A DNA stretch of 64,000 bases from Camelus ferus (taxonomy: Eukaryota), in NCBI RefSeq assembly GCF_009834535.1, contig NC_045697.1, forward strand, positions 94,924,001-94,988,000. The letters are read 5' to 3'. The translations under genes and the position numbers were made by a program. Below, piece by piece: positions 42,540-54,320 of the stretch; the first letter of the stretch is position 1; each line of letters begins with the position of its first letter. Under the pieces are notes generated by a model. That model saw only the letters and a list, made by a program, of their open reading frames with translations, did no database searches and was not told where the DNA came from.

Positions 42540-45208
42540 TTGAACTTCACTTCTCTTAGGTCTATCTAAAAATGATTTTAAAAATCCCTTTTTCAGTTTT
42601 CTATTATTTGTTTATTTTATTTTAATGTTCTCTAAACATTTAATCTTTTCTCATTTGTACAGTTCATGTTGCCATCTCTGCTTTTTCTGCTTTTTTTCTT
42701 CTTGTGATTTTTAATTATTTAATTAAAGACATTTTCTTTCACAATTTTAATATTTTTTCTAGTGTGTAAGCAATTTTATCAGCTCATACCCTAAAAATGC
42801 GAATTGTTTATCATGCTTTTGTTGGGATACTACAGATATTTTCAACAATATAACATTTAAACAGAAACATCTTAGTAACAAAACTTCATATCCTTTTCTA
42901 TGATATATGTTAACATAATATAATTTAAAATAAAAAGACATATTTCATGAACATCAGATTTTTTTCCCCAAAATAGACTGAAAAATCCAGAATATAATCA
43001 CAGTACATTTTGTTATTGGTATTTATAGCAATAGGTGACATTATAAAATAATGTGAAACTTGATGTACTTATTATTTTCAGTGTTATACACAATATCAGT
43101 AGTTTTATCCTAACATTACTCAGAATGACCATCCACAAAAAGCATCCACAAAAAGGGAAGCAGATTATGCACATCTAATCTAACATGCATAATTTTCTCC
43201 CCATTTTTATTTAGCACAATAGATTTGATTTAAAACAGAATGAAATATTTTGTCTTCTAAATACATCAAGCTCATATTCTAAGGGCTCTGAGTTTTTTTT
43301 TTTTTTTTAAAGATGATGACGTTTCTTCTGAAATGTTCAGTAAAGAACGTTATTAGCTAAATTTTTCCCAGAGAGATACCTATGTTTATTGAGAAGAATT
43401 TTAAATGTTAAAAAAAACCTTAAATAAAAAATAAAGGGAAAATGCATGATAAGATTCTATTCAGATTCAAAATGTTAGATGTCACACAGTAATTCTCTGG
43501 TATAGGATCCATTTAGTGACATGATGTAGTGGTGAGGAAAGGGGCATTTAAGGTTATAACCCCCACTTCACAAATAAAGCAATGAAATTTTAGAGGACTG
43601 TCATTCTCCATAAGGTTAGCTAGGTAGAGAATATTCAAACCTTCATCTGTCTGGTTCTAAAGCCTGTGGTTTGAAAAAAATATACTGTACTTTCCACCAA
43701 TGCTTGCACACATAATATTCTATCATAATATTTGATTAAAAAATGTTCTGCATTATACTTTACAACTGTATTACAATATTATTAAGAGATCCTCAAGGGT
43801 TGGATAATAACGTCAAGCAACATCTAATTATCTTGGAATCTAACAGATTTAAAGTAAATAAGTAATTAATCAAAACTTTCTAGGGAAAAAATTAAACAAC
43901 AAAAGTAAATTTTCTAAGACTGCACTGTCTAAACTGTGTCCAGGCAACTCTGGGTCACAGGTAGAGGACCAGCAAGCAAGTGGAATCCTGGAGGCATCCT
44001 GCTACCTGAGATTTACCTCTGTTGCTATATGAGAGGAAAGTCTAGAGATTTTGGATTGGAGACAACTGTTTGGTAGAAGGAGCAGTCAGAGGATTTGGGA
44101 AACTGATTATTCACCAAGGGAAATAGCAGAATTTTAATATTTTAATAAATGGACTGCCTTTGTAAAAAGCATGCTGAATCTATATCAGCCTGGTTCTGGG
44201 TGTGCTGAGAGACACTGGCCCACTTGGCCTTTGGGCTCAAGTTACCTCACAATACTGTAGTTTTCTGTGAGTCTCCTAGTGTCATAATCTGTGAAACATG
44301 TTTCCAAGTCAAAGTAGAGATATGTCACCCACTTGCCTGTTCACACTTATTTTAAACAACCATTATGTTTAAATAAATTAAGTAGTATGCTTTATTATAT
44401 TAATTTGTTTATTGTGGTATATTTTTTGTTGTTGTTCATTAATATAGTAAACTGGAATAGAGCCAAGAAATTCAGATTCTAAATTTGGTTTCCATATATA
44501 CTGTGTGAATGTGAAATATAATCTGAATTTCTTTTATAGATACAAGTTGCCTCATCGGTAAAGTGAGATTGGAAGAGATTCATTCACCCAGTTAACAATT
44601 ATGTATGGAGTTAATCTTTAAAATACCCCGTGTGTGAAATCAGAAACGTAACACACTCGGAAAACACGGCTAAAGATAAAAGGAGCATTTGAAGAAAATT
44701 TTAAAAATCTTACGTTAAACAGTTTCTGCAGGTGAGCTGGATTATATTTGAGGACTAAAACTAAGCAAACCGGGTTCTGGAATCAAGCGTTATCACAGGT
44801 TTGAATTCAAGTTCTAACATGTACTCCCCTGAGCAGAAGTTTTCATCTAATAGTCAGTTTACCTGAAATAAATTGAATTAAAATAGCACACACCTGTTGT
44901 TGTCTGGGCCAATGGAATGGCCTCACCTTGTGTACGCAGAACAGGGGGCGCCCGGCCACAGCGAGTTGCCCAGAATACGCTGTCTCCTTCCCTGCGGTTC
45001 TGAATCCCAAAGGCAAGGCGAGCCCAGACCCGAGCGGCTGCAACACCGCCACTCCGGCCGCGACGGCCTCCAGGAGCGCGGGCGGCTCTGGGCGGCTCTG
45101 GGCAGCTCTGGGCGGCTCTGGGCGGCCCTGGGCGGCCCTGGGCGGCTCTAGGCGGCTGTGGTGATTGTCTGCCTGCCCCGCGCGCTCCCATAATGCCCCG
45201 CGCAGCAC
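42540..45208 (-). pseudogene. Decayed FSIP2-like gene, segment C (N-terminal exons from the CpG island)
   Basis: Exon 1 ends ...CVHK with donor AAG|GTGAGG (exon end 44927; FSIP2 GVHK); 44862-44714 MLEL..V.-LIP..F*SSNI (LLDL..V..VIP..FYTTNF); 43879-43691 LNLLD..YPTLED..*YSCK (FNLTD..YKSLHD..YYKRK); from 43379 V..KFS**RSLL (V..ELNKYRQYL); from 42977 SILGKKI (RILAKQL); from 42790 YELIK..LEKI..QRWQHE (YLDMI..LEQL..ERRQRE). Each block follows an AG acceptor, but individual matches are weak. Confidence 0.5.
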
Positions 45209-45290
45209 AGCGCAGGCGCATGTTGAAGACTCCCGAGCGTCTACAGCTTATCGAACCTGAACGCGACGGATCTCGTCTGAAGAAAGCCCG
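44930..45290. promoter_or_regulatory. CpG island promoter with ZNF143(SBS)-like, NRF1-like and GC-box motifs
   Basis: Only GC/CpG-rich patch in the window; CTCCCATAATGCCCCGCG 45185-45202; GCGCAGGCGCA 45210-45220; repeated GGGCGG. Confidence 0.8.
45081..45160. repeat. 10-bp minisatellite (GGCGGCTCTG) x8
   Basis: Eight consecutive 10-nt units with 0-1 substitution each. Confidence 0.97.
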
Positions 45291-45312
45291 TGGAAGCAGT
45301 GACTGGCAATGG

Positions 45313-45713
45313 TGTTACCTGCAGACTGGGTTCACTCCTTGGTGGGCGTCGTGCCAAAAGACACAACTAAGGCAAAGGGCAGGAGAAGAAAGGATTTATT
45401 ACTTGAGGTAAGTAAGGAGAACGCGGGACCTTTCCCAAAGCATCTCTCCTCGAATGGCAAAATCGGTGAAGTTGAGGGCTGCAGCTGAGTTTAACTTCTC
45501 AAGAAAGTGCTTCAGGCTAATCTTTACCATTGAAACAGAGCTGAGAATCTTTACAACTGATATAGTATCTTTGCTATAGTTACTTCCCTTGACAAATTTG
45601 GGGTTTTTTTGTTTCTTTAAGAACATTATTACTGAGACCTGCTCAAGGGCATGCATTGTGGCCAGACCTAGATCACAAAATGGCTTCAGCCTAAAATGGC
45701 TTCTCTTATGTCA
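45313..45713 (-). mobile_element. ERV1-type solo LTR
   Basis: TG...CA termini (tgttacctgcagactgggttc ... cttatgtca); TTTATT near left end gives AATAAA on minus strand. Confidence 0.7.
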
Positions 45714-45767
45714 AGGAGATATATCTGGTTCTTTTCCTCCAGGAACCCCCTACCCTATCTGCATACC

Positions 45768-47079
45768 CTGGGGCCCCTAGAAGTGATGGCTCACCTGGAG
45801 AAAGGGCCAAAGTTCTGTTGGTGCCACAACCCATGGTTGATAATGAACAATGCCAGCCTGTAGAGCAAGTAACTTTCATTAATTTCATTCAGGAAACCAA
45901 AATCACCATTTGAAGTTTGCAAGTATATTTTGGTTCTTTATGCTTTGAAAGTCTTAGCTGAATACAGGTGAGGAACGTTTGTGAAAATTTTGACTGGTAA
46001 TTAGGTGCCACTTGCCTGATGTACCTTCTGAAAGGAAGGAACTAATCTCTTTTTGGTGCTACAGCCAGTCACTACATTAAAACAAAACAAAACAAAACAT
46101 CTGTAACTGAATAAAGTGGATGGTGTCCTCTTTCAAGCTGCCACAGCCATAATGGAAACAGTATTTGTCTGAGAATGGATTCTATTGGAAAAAGGTAGCA
46201 TCAAGTCACTGTGGACGTTCCTTCTAATCTATGTTTTACAAAGGTCAAATCTCCAGAAGTATGTTGGGGAATAATAGCAGTAATTGTAAAAGGAGAATCC
46301 TTAGATAAATCAATTGACTACAAAAACATTTTTCATGAAGACAACCAATTGATAATGTTAATAAAAAATCAGTTGATCTAAGAGTGAAATGGAAATTTTT
46401 ATTCAGCCAAATTGAGGATTATAACCTGAGAGCAGCATCTCAGAAAGCTCTGAGAAGTATTCAACCTGTTAGAAGTCAAAGCACAGTTATGTAATTTTTT
46501 TGAGGCAGAGGGCTGTACATTAAATGGTATGTTATTGACAATTTATTTAATATAGCAAGCAGTGGGTTATGGGTCATCATGGCCCCTTATAAGATTAAGA
46601 AGGAATGTTAATCTTTTAAGGAGTTGTTGGTGCTAGGAAAATGTTGCTCTTCTTGGTTGAGCAGGTATTTCTGCAGATGAGAAGGTTTGGTCCATGCATA
46701 ATGCAGATACACAGTGCACAGGAGAGGGGAGAAAGGCCAAAGGGCTGACAAAATTTTTTTATATTTAGATTTTCTTGCCTAAAATAGGAATTTTATTTTA
46801 CAATGAGTAGTGAAAGTCTCAAGGTGCAAACTACGGCCTGTTCTAACTATGCTATTGATTGAATTCTCAAAGTCAAGTAAAAGTAGCAAAATTTGACTGA
46901 GTATGGAATTCCATGGTAACTACAAACAGTTTTGCAAGAAGACCTTCTTCATATCTTCATGTTGACTGTTGAAGTTCTGCAGTTCACCCAAAGGGAAAAT
47001 CTCAATGCTCAGATATCTTTATTATTTCCTCATTACCTAGTACTTGCTAATCAAGCCTTGAGCTGGAACTTTCTTCTTC
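45768..47079 (+). pseudogene. XPO4: Processed exportin-4 pseudogene (about codons 6-240), interrupted twice
   Basis: LGPLEVMAHLEK-AKVLL..MVDNEQ..SFRKPKSPFEVCKYIL; VLFQAATAIMETV..EWILLEKGSIKSL; SLDKSIDYKNIFHE; LSMEFHGN..QEDLLHIFMLTVEVLQ..RENLNAQIS..LANQALSWNFL match XPO4 N-terminus; contiguous apart from two inserts; frameshifts and stops. Confidence 0.95.
46356..46802 (-). mobile_element. ERV1-type solo LTR inside XPO4 pseudogene
   Basis: TG...CA ends, 4-bp TSD ataa/atga; removing it restores ...QLI-SS... of XPO4. Confidence 0.9.
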
Positions 47080-47877
47080 ATGCCCCCATGGAGCAAATGA
47101 TACCTATTCACATTCTGTGGAGAATTTTCTTGTTGGAATCTTCCCTGCCATTTTTGTTGATTAAGAAAAGAACTAAATGTAAGCATGGTAAATGAAAATA
47201 CCTCAACTAAGTAGTGGACCTAACAATATTAGGTGTCCCAATATGCCTCAATTCCAAACAGCCTTCTTAGATGATCTTTAAATGAAGCCTGCAAGTAGAG
47301 GCTGACTTAGCCTTTAATCATGAATAGTTACATAAAAATTAAACTAGCTAAACCAGACTATATAAACTCTTGAAAGGAGATATAATAGCTTAGAGTTATC
47401 ACTTGACATATTTTATTACTCCTTTCCATTTCCAATAGGTAATTACTCCATTGTAATGTTAAAATTCAGGCTTATAAATGCTGTTTATAAGACTATAAAG
47501 ATTCTTTTTCTTTCTGTAATCTCTCTTCTTTGTCTTGGCAGCCAGTTCAGTCTCTCACTATGAAAAAGAGACAGACATCAGCAATATGTGGTGAAACAAG
47601 ATTTAAAAAATAGAATACTCTCTAAAATTAAAAACGATAGCTTTAGTGTTAATTACTCATAATTACTCAAACTTTTCGTTGAAATTCATCCAATGAATTG
47701 AAGAATAGTTGGCTTAAAAATACAGTGTTTGAAAGTGTTCTCTCATAAAAGAAAGTTGATGTGTGTGTTTATATAGATATATTTTTTTCCTGTAGATTAG
47801 ATGGCCTATGCCTAAATTTTACCAGTATAATTTGGCTAAAAAAGTGCTAAAATGACTTTCTCATTATAAATTCATAA

Positions 47878-48422
47878 TGAGACAGGAGGGAATGGGGTAG
47901 GACACAACCTTTAAAAGAATGACATAGCTTTGAGGAAATGACAAAAACTAATTAGAACCTAATAGGCCCAAGGTAGCAAAAGGTTTGACTTCTAGTAGAC
48001 CTTGAACTTCATTATATGCTCATTGTAATATATTAGCATGCTAAATAACACACCCATAGTTGCCATGACAGTTCTGAGGCAGACCATAAAAGGTCAAAAA
48101 TTGAGCTATAGCCCAGTTCCTGGAAATCCCAGCCCCTTCTCCAAACTAGTTGGAATAATCCTCCCACTTGTTAGCATAGGAAGTTACCCAGCCCACATAA
48201 ACTAACCACCCCTGCACCCTGTGGTGCTCTGGCTTCTGAGACTGATTGCATCCTGTCTATGGGATGTGTATCTCTCTACATAAACTTGCTTTCACTTTAC
48301 TATGGCTCGCTTTTGAATTCATTCCTGTGAGAAGCCAAGAACCCTCACTTGGTGGCCTGTCCCTTGGAGTTGCCCAAGACCTGGGACTCGATCATCCTGT
48401 CACACTCCATTTTCCTGTAACA
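47878..48422 (+). mobile_element. ERV1-type solo LTR
   Basis: tgagacaggagg...ttcctgtaaca, TSD ataa/atac, TATA-like cacataaa and polyA-like cataaacttgc. Confidence 0.85.
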
Positions 48423-49329
48423 ATACCTAGATTGCCAGAAGATTCTACCACCTTTCTCTGCTGCCCTTCCCCACTGGGTTGCATGAAATTGACAAAATCA
48501 ATCTGTTGAGTCATTGTGCACATATTCTTGAGAGTGTTCAAGTTGGAGGTTGATGGTCTAGGTGAAATATGAACAAAAAAAAATGTAGATTTTAAGCTCC
48601 AGCACCTACTAGCTATGTGGATTTGATTAAGATAAACGCTCTGAACCTCACTTTCCACATTTTAAAAATAGAAAATAAATTTTGTGCACAAAGATACAAA
48701 TTGGATGTCAATCTTTCTTACACAGAACCTGATGCCTAGTAGATACTAGATGTGTTCTTCTGTTCTGTTAATGAGGTTACAAGTGAGTAAGCGTATGACT
48801 AAGAGGAAAGAGATTTAGGGGCTTTTAAAGATGCAACTTATTACTATTGTGGTTGTTGATTATATTCTGGGTGGTAATTGGAGATACTAAATAGGGATAT
48901 AAGCCACTTGTGATGTATAACATTGGCTAGGGGCTTAGTTTGCATGTTTAGCTATGCTGTTCTTTAACTTTACAGACAAAATTAAATTTGAGGTACCCAC
49001 TTAACTACCCAAATATATAAGGGACTGATTTAAAGTGAAATGTTAATTAATGTTTTAAAATTGAGAAATAGCTTAGACCTATATAGGCTTCCAAATCAAC
49101 ACAAATTTACTGGTTGAGTTAGCTCCCATTAAGCACATGTAGTCCATTATAAGGGAAACAGCATTCTATGTTATGGAGAACTCTGAAAATTGTAATATCT
49201 TTTTCTTTTTTTTTTTTCTTTTAAGTCAGGGATTGGAAGAATTATTACCTCACCAAAGAGTTATATAGTATTGAGGATTGTAACCATTTATATTCATTAA
49301 TTGAAGTTAGACAGTTCCACTTCCAGATC

Positions 49330-50400
49330 AATATTTTCTTAGATGATATCCTTGACCCCATGTTGAGATTTGAAAGTCATTTCTTATCTTTTCTGAAGAA
49401 CACCTGCAATCTATGACTATGGATAATTTTTGTGTGTCAGGAGCCTGTTCCTTTCTATGACTCAACACCATTTCACTATGGATGTACCACCATTTGTTTA
49501 TTCCCCAGGTGAGAAACATTCGGGGTTTTTTCACTTGTTGATTTGAGCAAACTGTTATATATATACAGGTATCTGTGTGAGCATAGATTTTATTTTCCTT
49601 GGGTGAATATCTAGGAGTGAGATGGCTGAAGTGCATAGTAAATGTATGTTTAACTTTATAAGAGACTACCAGAGTGTTTTTGCAATGGCTTTATCATTTT
49701 GTATGTTGGTGAGTTATACATGAGATTTCTAGTTCTGAGTTCTTTTCTAGCACTTAGCACTTGGTACTGTCAGTTTTTCATCCTCATTCTAATGAGTGTG
49801 AAGTAGAATTTTTAGAATGGTTGTAACATACTTCCCTAGTAACTAGTGATATTGAGCATCTTTGTATATGCCTATTTGCCATCTATCTGTGTATCTTCTC
49901 TGGTGAAATTTTTGGTCAAGAGTGACTGTTATCTTATTTGGTTATTTTTTTTTATTATTACTGAGTTTTGAGAGTTCTTTATGTATTCTAGATACAAGTC
50001 TTTATAAGGTATGTGATTTGCAAATATTTCTTCCTAATGTGTGTTTTAATATTTTAATTCAGGTCCTTTCACAGAACAGTTTCTAAATTTTTATTTTACA
50101 TATAGCATCCCTTAGCTGTTGTATCTAAAAATACTTTGTATAACCCAATGTCACAAAGATTTTCTGGTGTGTTTTTTGCTAAGTTTTTATAATTTTATAT
50201 TCTACATTTAGGTTTATAATCTTATTTGAATTAATTTTGTATAAAGTTGATGTAAATTTGAGATATAGGCTGAGGTTTATTATTTTTTTTTTTTTTGCAT
50301 ATGAAAGTCCAGATATTCCAAGGTTGTTTGTTTAAAAGACTACCCTTTTACATTAAATTTTGTTGCTGCTTTGTCAAAAATCAGCCATTTTTGTGTGGAT
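49330..50400 (-). mobile_element. L1MB-like 3' region
   Basis: atatctaggagtgagatggctg...taactttataagagactaccaga...gatattgagcatctt. Confidence 0.85.
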
Positions 50401-51069
50401 CAAAAGAAAGAGAGAAAGAGAGGAAGGAATGGAAAGGAAAGTAGGGAGGGAGGAGGGAGGGACAGAGACAGATGGAGGAGAGAGAAAGAAAAGACAAGAC
50501 CAGTGTTCACTCAGAAAATATGTGATTAAGTATCTGTATTAGGATTTTCAGAAAACAGTTCTATTGCACATTATTTTGAGCAGGTATACAAAACAATGAA
50601 AATAAATAAAGTGGGATTATAAATTTGTAGAGGTAATTTGACAAATACAACCTGTCTTGCACCTGTAGATAACAGATAACTGAAGGTAAATTGGGCAATT
50701 CAATTATGTTGTCTCTTGTGCAACATCACTATCTTAAATAAATGATAAATTGCACTTTTAGAATTATAAAAATGTCCTAGGTTTCCATTTTACTGAAAGA
50801 TAGATATTAGTTCATTACTTTAAATTATTATACTTTTCAAAAACATCTCTTTTGCAAATATGCAATATGGCAAGTATGTCACATACTTTACACATCATTT
50901 CAAGTCTTCTTGGCATCATTTGTCTTCTGATTTTTGGTCCCTTTGCTGAAAAGTAAGGTAAGACTGAACTCTGGTTCCTAGACCAAGACTGGTTGGGAAG
51001 ACAGAAAAGTTAAATACATATTAAAATAACATAATTCATTCTATATGTAACTTTTAATTTCCTACCACA

Positions 51070-51850
51070 CTTAACGTTTCTGAGATATATCAGTGAGCAA
51101 AAAAAAAAGAAAAAAATATATATAAATAACTGCCTTTGTGGACCTCACATTAGTGCAAGGAAAACAGGCAATAAAACACTAACATAATAAAAGAAGATAA
51201 TTATATTGTATATGATATGAACAATAGGAAAAAATAGGGCAGAGTAAGGGTGTGCAGGTTTTAAAGGTAGTAATTTAAACTATGTTGGTAAGATTTATCT
51301 GATAGGGTGGGTTATAGCAAAGATTTGAAGAATGTTACGCAGTTTTCTATATAGATATCTCAGGAGAGAGTATTCCAGGGCAGAGAAAAAGCCAGTGCCA
51401 AGTCCCTAAGGCACAATCCCACCTAGTGAATATTCTGAAAATTAAGAAGGTCAGGGTAAGTGAAGCAAAATGAACAAGGAGAAGCAGGGGAAAAAAAAAA
51501 AGATAAAGGAGATGAGATCTTGTAAAACCTTGAGGGCAACTGTAAGGCATTTGGCATAGGCTTGAATTAAAATGGGAGCAACCATGGAGTTTTGAGCAGA
51601 GATTTGGCGTTTTGACTTCTGCTTTGAAATGGGTACAGTATTGGAGGGTGAATATAGCTCAGAGGTAGATTGCGTGCTTAGCTGGTACAAGGTCCTGAGT
51701 TCAATTCCCAGCACCTCTATTAAAAAACTTCTTTAAGTTATGTTTTTAAAAGTCATTTAAAAATAAACAAAATAAAATAAAATGGCTGCAGTATTGAAAG
51801 CAGACTGAACAGCAGCACAAGCAGAAGCGCAGGACAAATTAGGTAGGCCT
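51070..51850 (+). mobile_element. L2 LINE fragment
   Basis: gagagtattccagggcagag...ccagtgccaagtccctaagg...ggagttttgagcagag. Confidence 0.8.
51643..51779 (+). mobile_element. tRNA-Ala-derived camelid SINE nested in L2
   Basis: tatagctcagaggtag..gtgcttagc..gagttcaattccc; TSD aaatgggtacagtatt / aaatggctgcagtatt. Confidence 0.85.
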
Positions 51851-52739
51851 GTATAGCTGTGAAAGCATTGAGGGTCCTGGCTATCAGCCTGACAAAGTCA
51901 GAGAAAGCTTCCTGTTGGAGGTTACTCTTGAATTATCATAAAATCTCGATTGAATTTTGATGCGTACTGTATAGAAAATGATTCTCTAATGGATGAGTTC
52001 AATAAAACAGATGAGGTCATTAAGCCTTTAGTGGGTTACAAAAAGGGAGAGTTTGAGTTATTACCACTCTAAGAGTAACAGAAGAAGTTAATACTGGTAG
52101 TCTGCAGTTTGATCTTCTCAAAGGAGTCAGAAACCATACTCAAGAACTTTTCATGAGTTTTGTGAACTTTATAACTTGTTTGCTTTCTTTCTGCCATTAT
52201 TGTTTGGAACCCTGGGATCAGCTAATTCCATCCATATTTCTCCCCTTAGGCACTGAACAAAAACATATTGCCCTATCTGTGATTCCTTCCACAGCTTACA
52301 TTATTCCACTCATGCCCTTAACCTAAATGCCACCATTAGGTGTTTTGAAACTTCCTTTCTATTACAAATAAATTACTAAATAAAACTCGTAGCATGAAAA
52401 TATCTCCATGTTCTTTCCTAATTGAATACTAAAAATGCCCTAAAGATGTTACATTAAAGGCCCTCTTTAGGAGAGAGAACTGATCCATCCACTCTACCAG
52501 GTCAGGAATGTTACTGAGGTGAGGAAGCAGTCAGCATTACCTTTGTTACTCAGTGCCCCTTCCAAATCTTAACTTCTCTACTCTTAGGTATGTGAGCATC
52601 GTGCTTTTGAAGCTCATCCTGTCTAAGCTGTTCCACTCATGCCCATCCTTCTAATCATTTTCCTTTAATAATTGAGGTCACAAACATCTATCTTATAGTT
52701 TCCTTCTCTTTCCTGAATTCTATTACCAGAGTTTCCACA

Positions 52740-53830
52740 ATTGTCATTAATATTTATCACCAGGTATCTCTGCCTCTCCTCTGGGCACATGTTTGGATTA
52801 CACACAAGTCCCCGTTGCTCTGGCCAGAGTTGTGAGTACAAGTGATCTATGTCACTATCTAGTCATAGAATTTAATTACTGGTTTGAGATCCTCTAGAGT
52901 ATTCTTTCCAATTGGTATGGCAACAAGCAGTATTTGAGATGGCAGTTGTTGCTTCAGCCTAGCTTTCTAAGTGGTTATGAAAAACAGCACATGAGCAGAC
53001 CTATCACGGACTGCTAGCATGAGCGCAATACAAACCTTTGTTTTAAGCCACTGCGATACGGGTGTAGTTGATTGTGTAGCATAAATTAACCGATTCTGCC
53101 GCTGAGTAATGTAGAAACTATTACATAATGTAGAAAAGAAGACAGTTGAATTAACATATATAGGACTGGCTTATGAACTAGCTGCAGGTTGTGAGAAACT
53201 GTTATGGTAATCTGGAAGAATGGCAATCTGTATTATGCACTTATGAAATAGTTGAATTCTCACCTGTTATAATTATATGACAGAAAATGTATTTAATAAA
53301 CTTTCAGATCTAGAAAAGAGGTTGGAAAACAAAATGCTAGCAGTATGTTTTGGCTATAAATGACAAATAACTACAAAGAGATGATCTCAGAAAATATAAG
53401 CATGGTAGCAAGCAGAAGGAAAAAGAACAGAAATTCAGAGACTTACAGGTTTGGAAGAAGCAGCTGTTTCTCATAACCAGTTTACAAAAGACCAAACTAA
53501 CAGGGCCATTAATTGATAAAGGCTAATTAGAATACATCCTTGCTGCAAGACTGAAATGAATGTTATGGCTGCCACAGTGTTGTTAAAGCATCTGAAAGGA
53601 TTTAGGGACCATCCTGCGAACCTTTTCACTTGGACAAAATGGCCCAGTGCAAAAAAGGCAGGGGCATAATTTCTTTGATAATATAGACAACTTTAAGCCA
53701 AGGGAGAGAAGTAAGAGAAAGGCATATTTAACAGTAAACTGAGAGTAACTATCAGAACCTAAAAATGAATAACTCAAATAAGTGAGAACACTAAAGGTTT
53801 TGAGAAAGTTGTATTTTCAAAGGAACCATG
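52740..53830 (+). mobile_element. MLT1 (H/J-like) LTR plus MaLR internal sequence
   Basis: aaacctttgttttaagccactgcgat LTR end followed by MLT-int-like text. Confidence 0.6.
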
Positions 53831-53844
53831 AGCTTAAATGTGTG

Positions 53845-54320
53845 CTCTCCAGTGTGGTCACTACTGGCCACTTGGGGCTATTGAGTATTTGAAATATGGT
53901 AAGTGCAACTAAAATTTTTTTTATTTCATTTTGATTAATTTAAATTTAAATTTTGATACATGTTGAATATTTTTCTGTTGAATACAACTTTTTTGTTTGA
54001 AAGGGTTAAATTTTCTTTTATTAGCCATTGAAAACTTAGCATCAGAATTGAGATGTGCTATAAATACAAAATATACACTAGACTTTGAAGACTTAGTATA
54101 AAAAAAAGAAGAAAGTAAAATATTGCTAAACATGAGACACCTAAAATATCTCAATAATTCTTATACTGACTAAGTGGGACATATAATATTTTACATATTT
54201 GGGTTAAATAAAATAGATATTAAAATTAATTTCACCTGTTTCTTTTAAGCTTTTAAAAATGTTTAATATTGTAAAATTGCATAAGCAGCCTGGATTACAT
54301 TTTATTGGATAATGATGACC
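53845..54320 (+). mobile_element. MER33/Charlie1-family hAT element
   Basis: gccacttggggctattgagtatttgaaatatgg...gaattgagatgtgctataaat...ttaaaattaatttcacctgtttctttt. Confidence 0.85.

Noticed and set aside
45081..45160. CRISPR-like array
   Set aside because: No spacers; simple head-to-tail minisatellite in mammalian DNA
44843..45221. Overlapping 120-aa ORFs with PPRAAQ repeats as intact genes
   Set aside because: Explained by GC richness and the 10-bp repeat; downstream exons are disrupted
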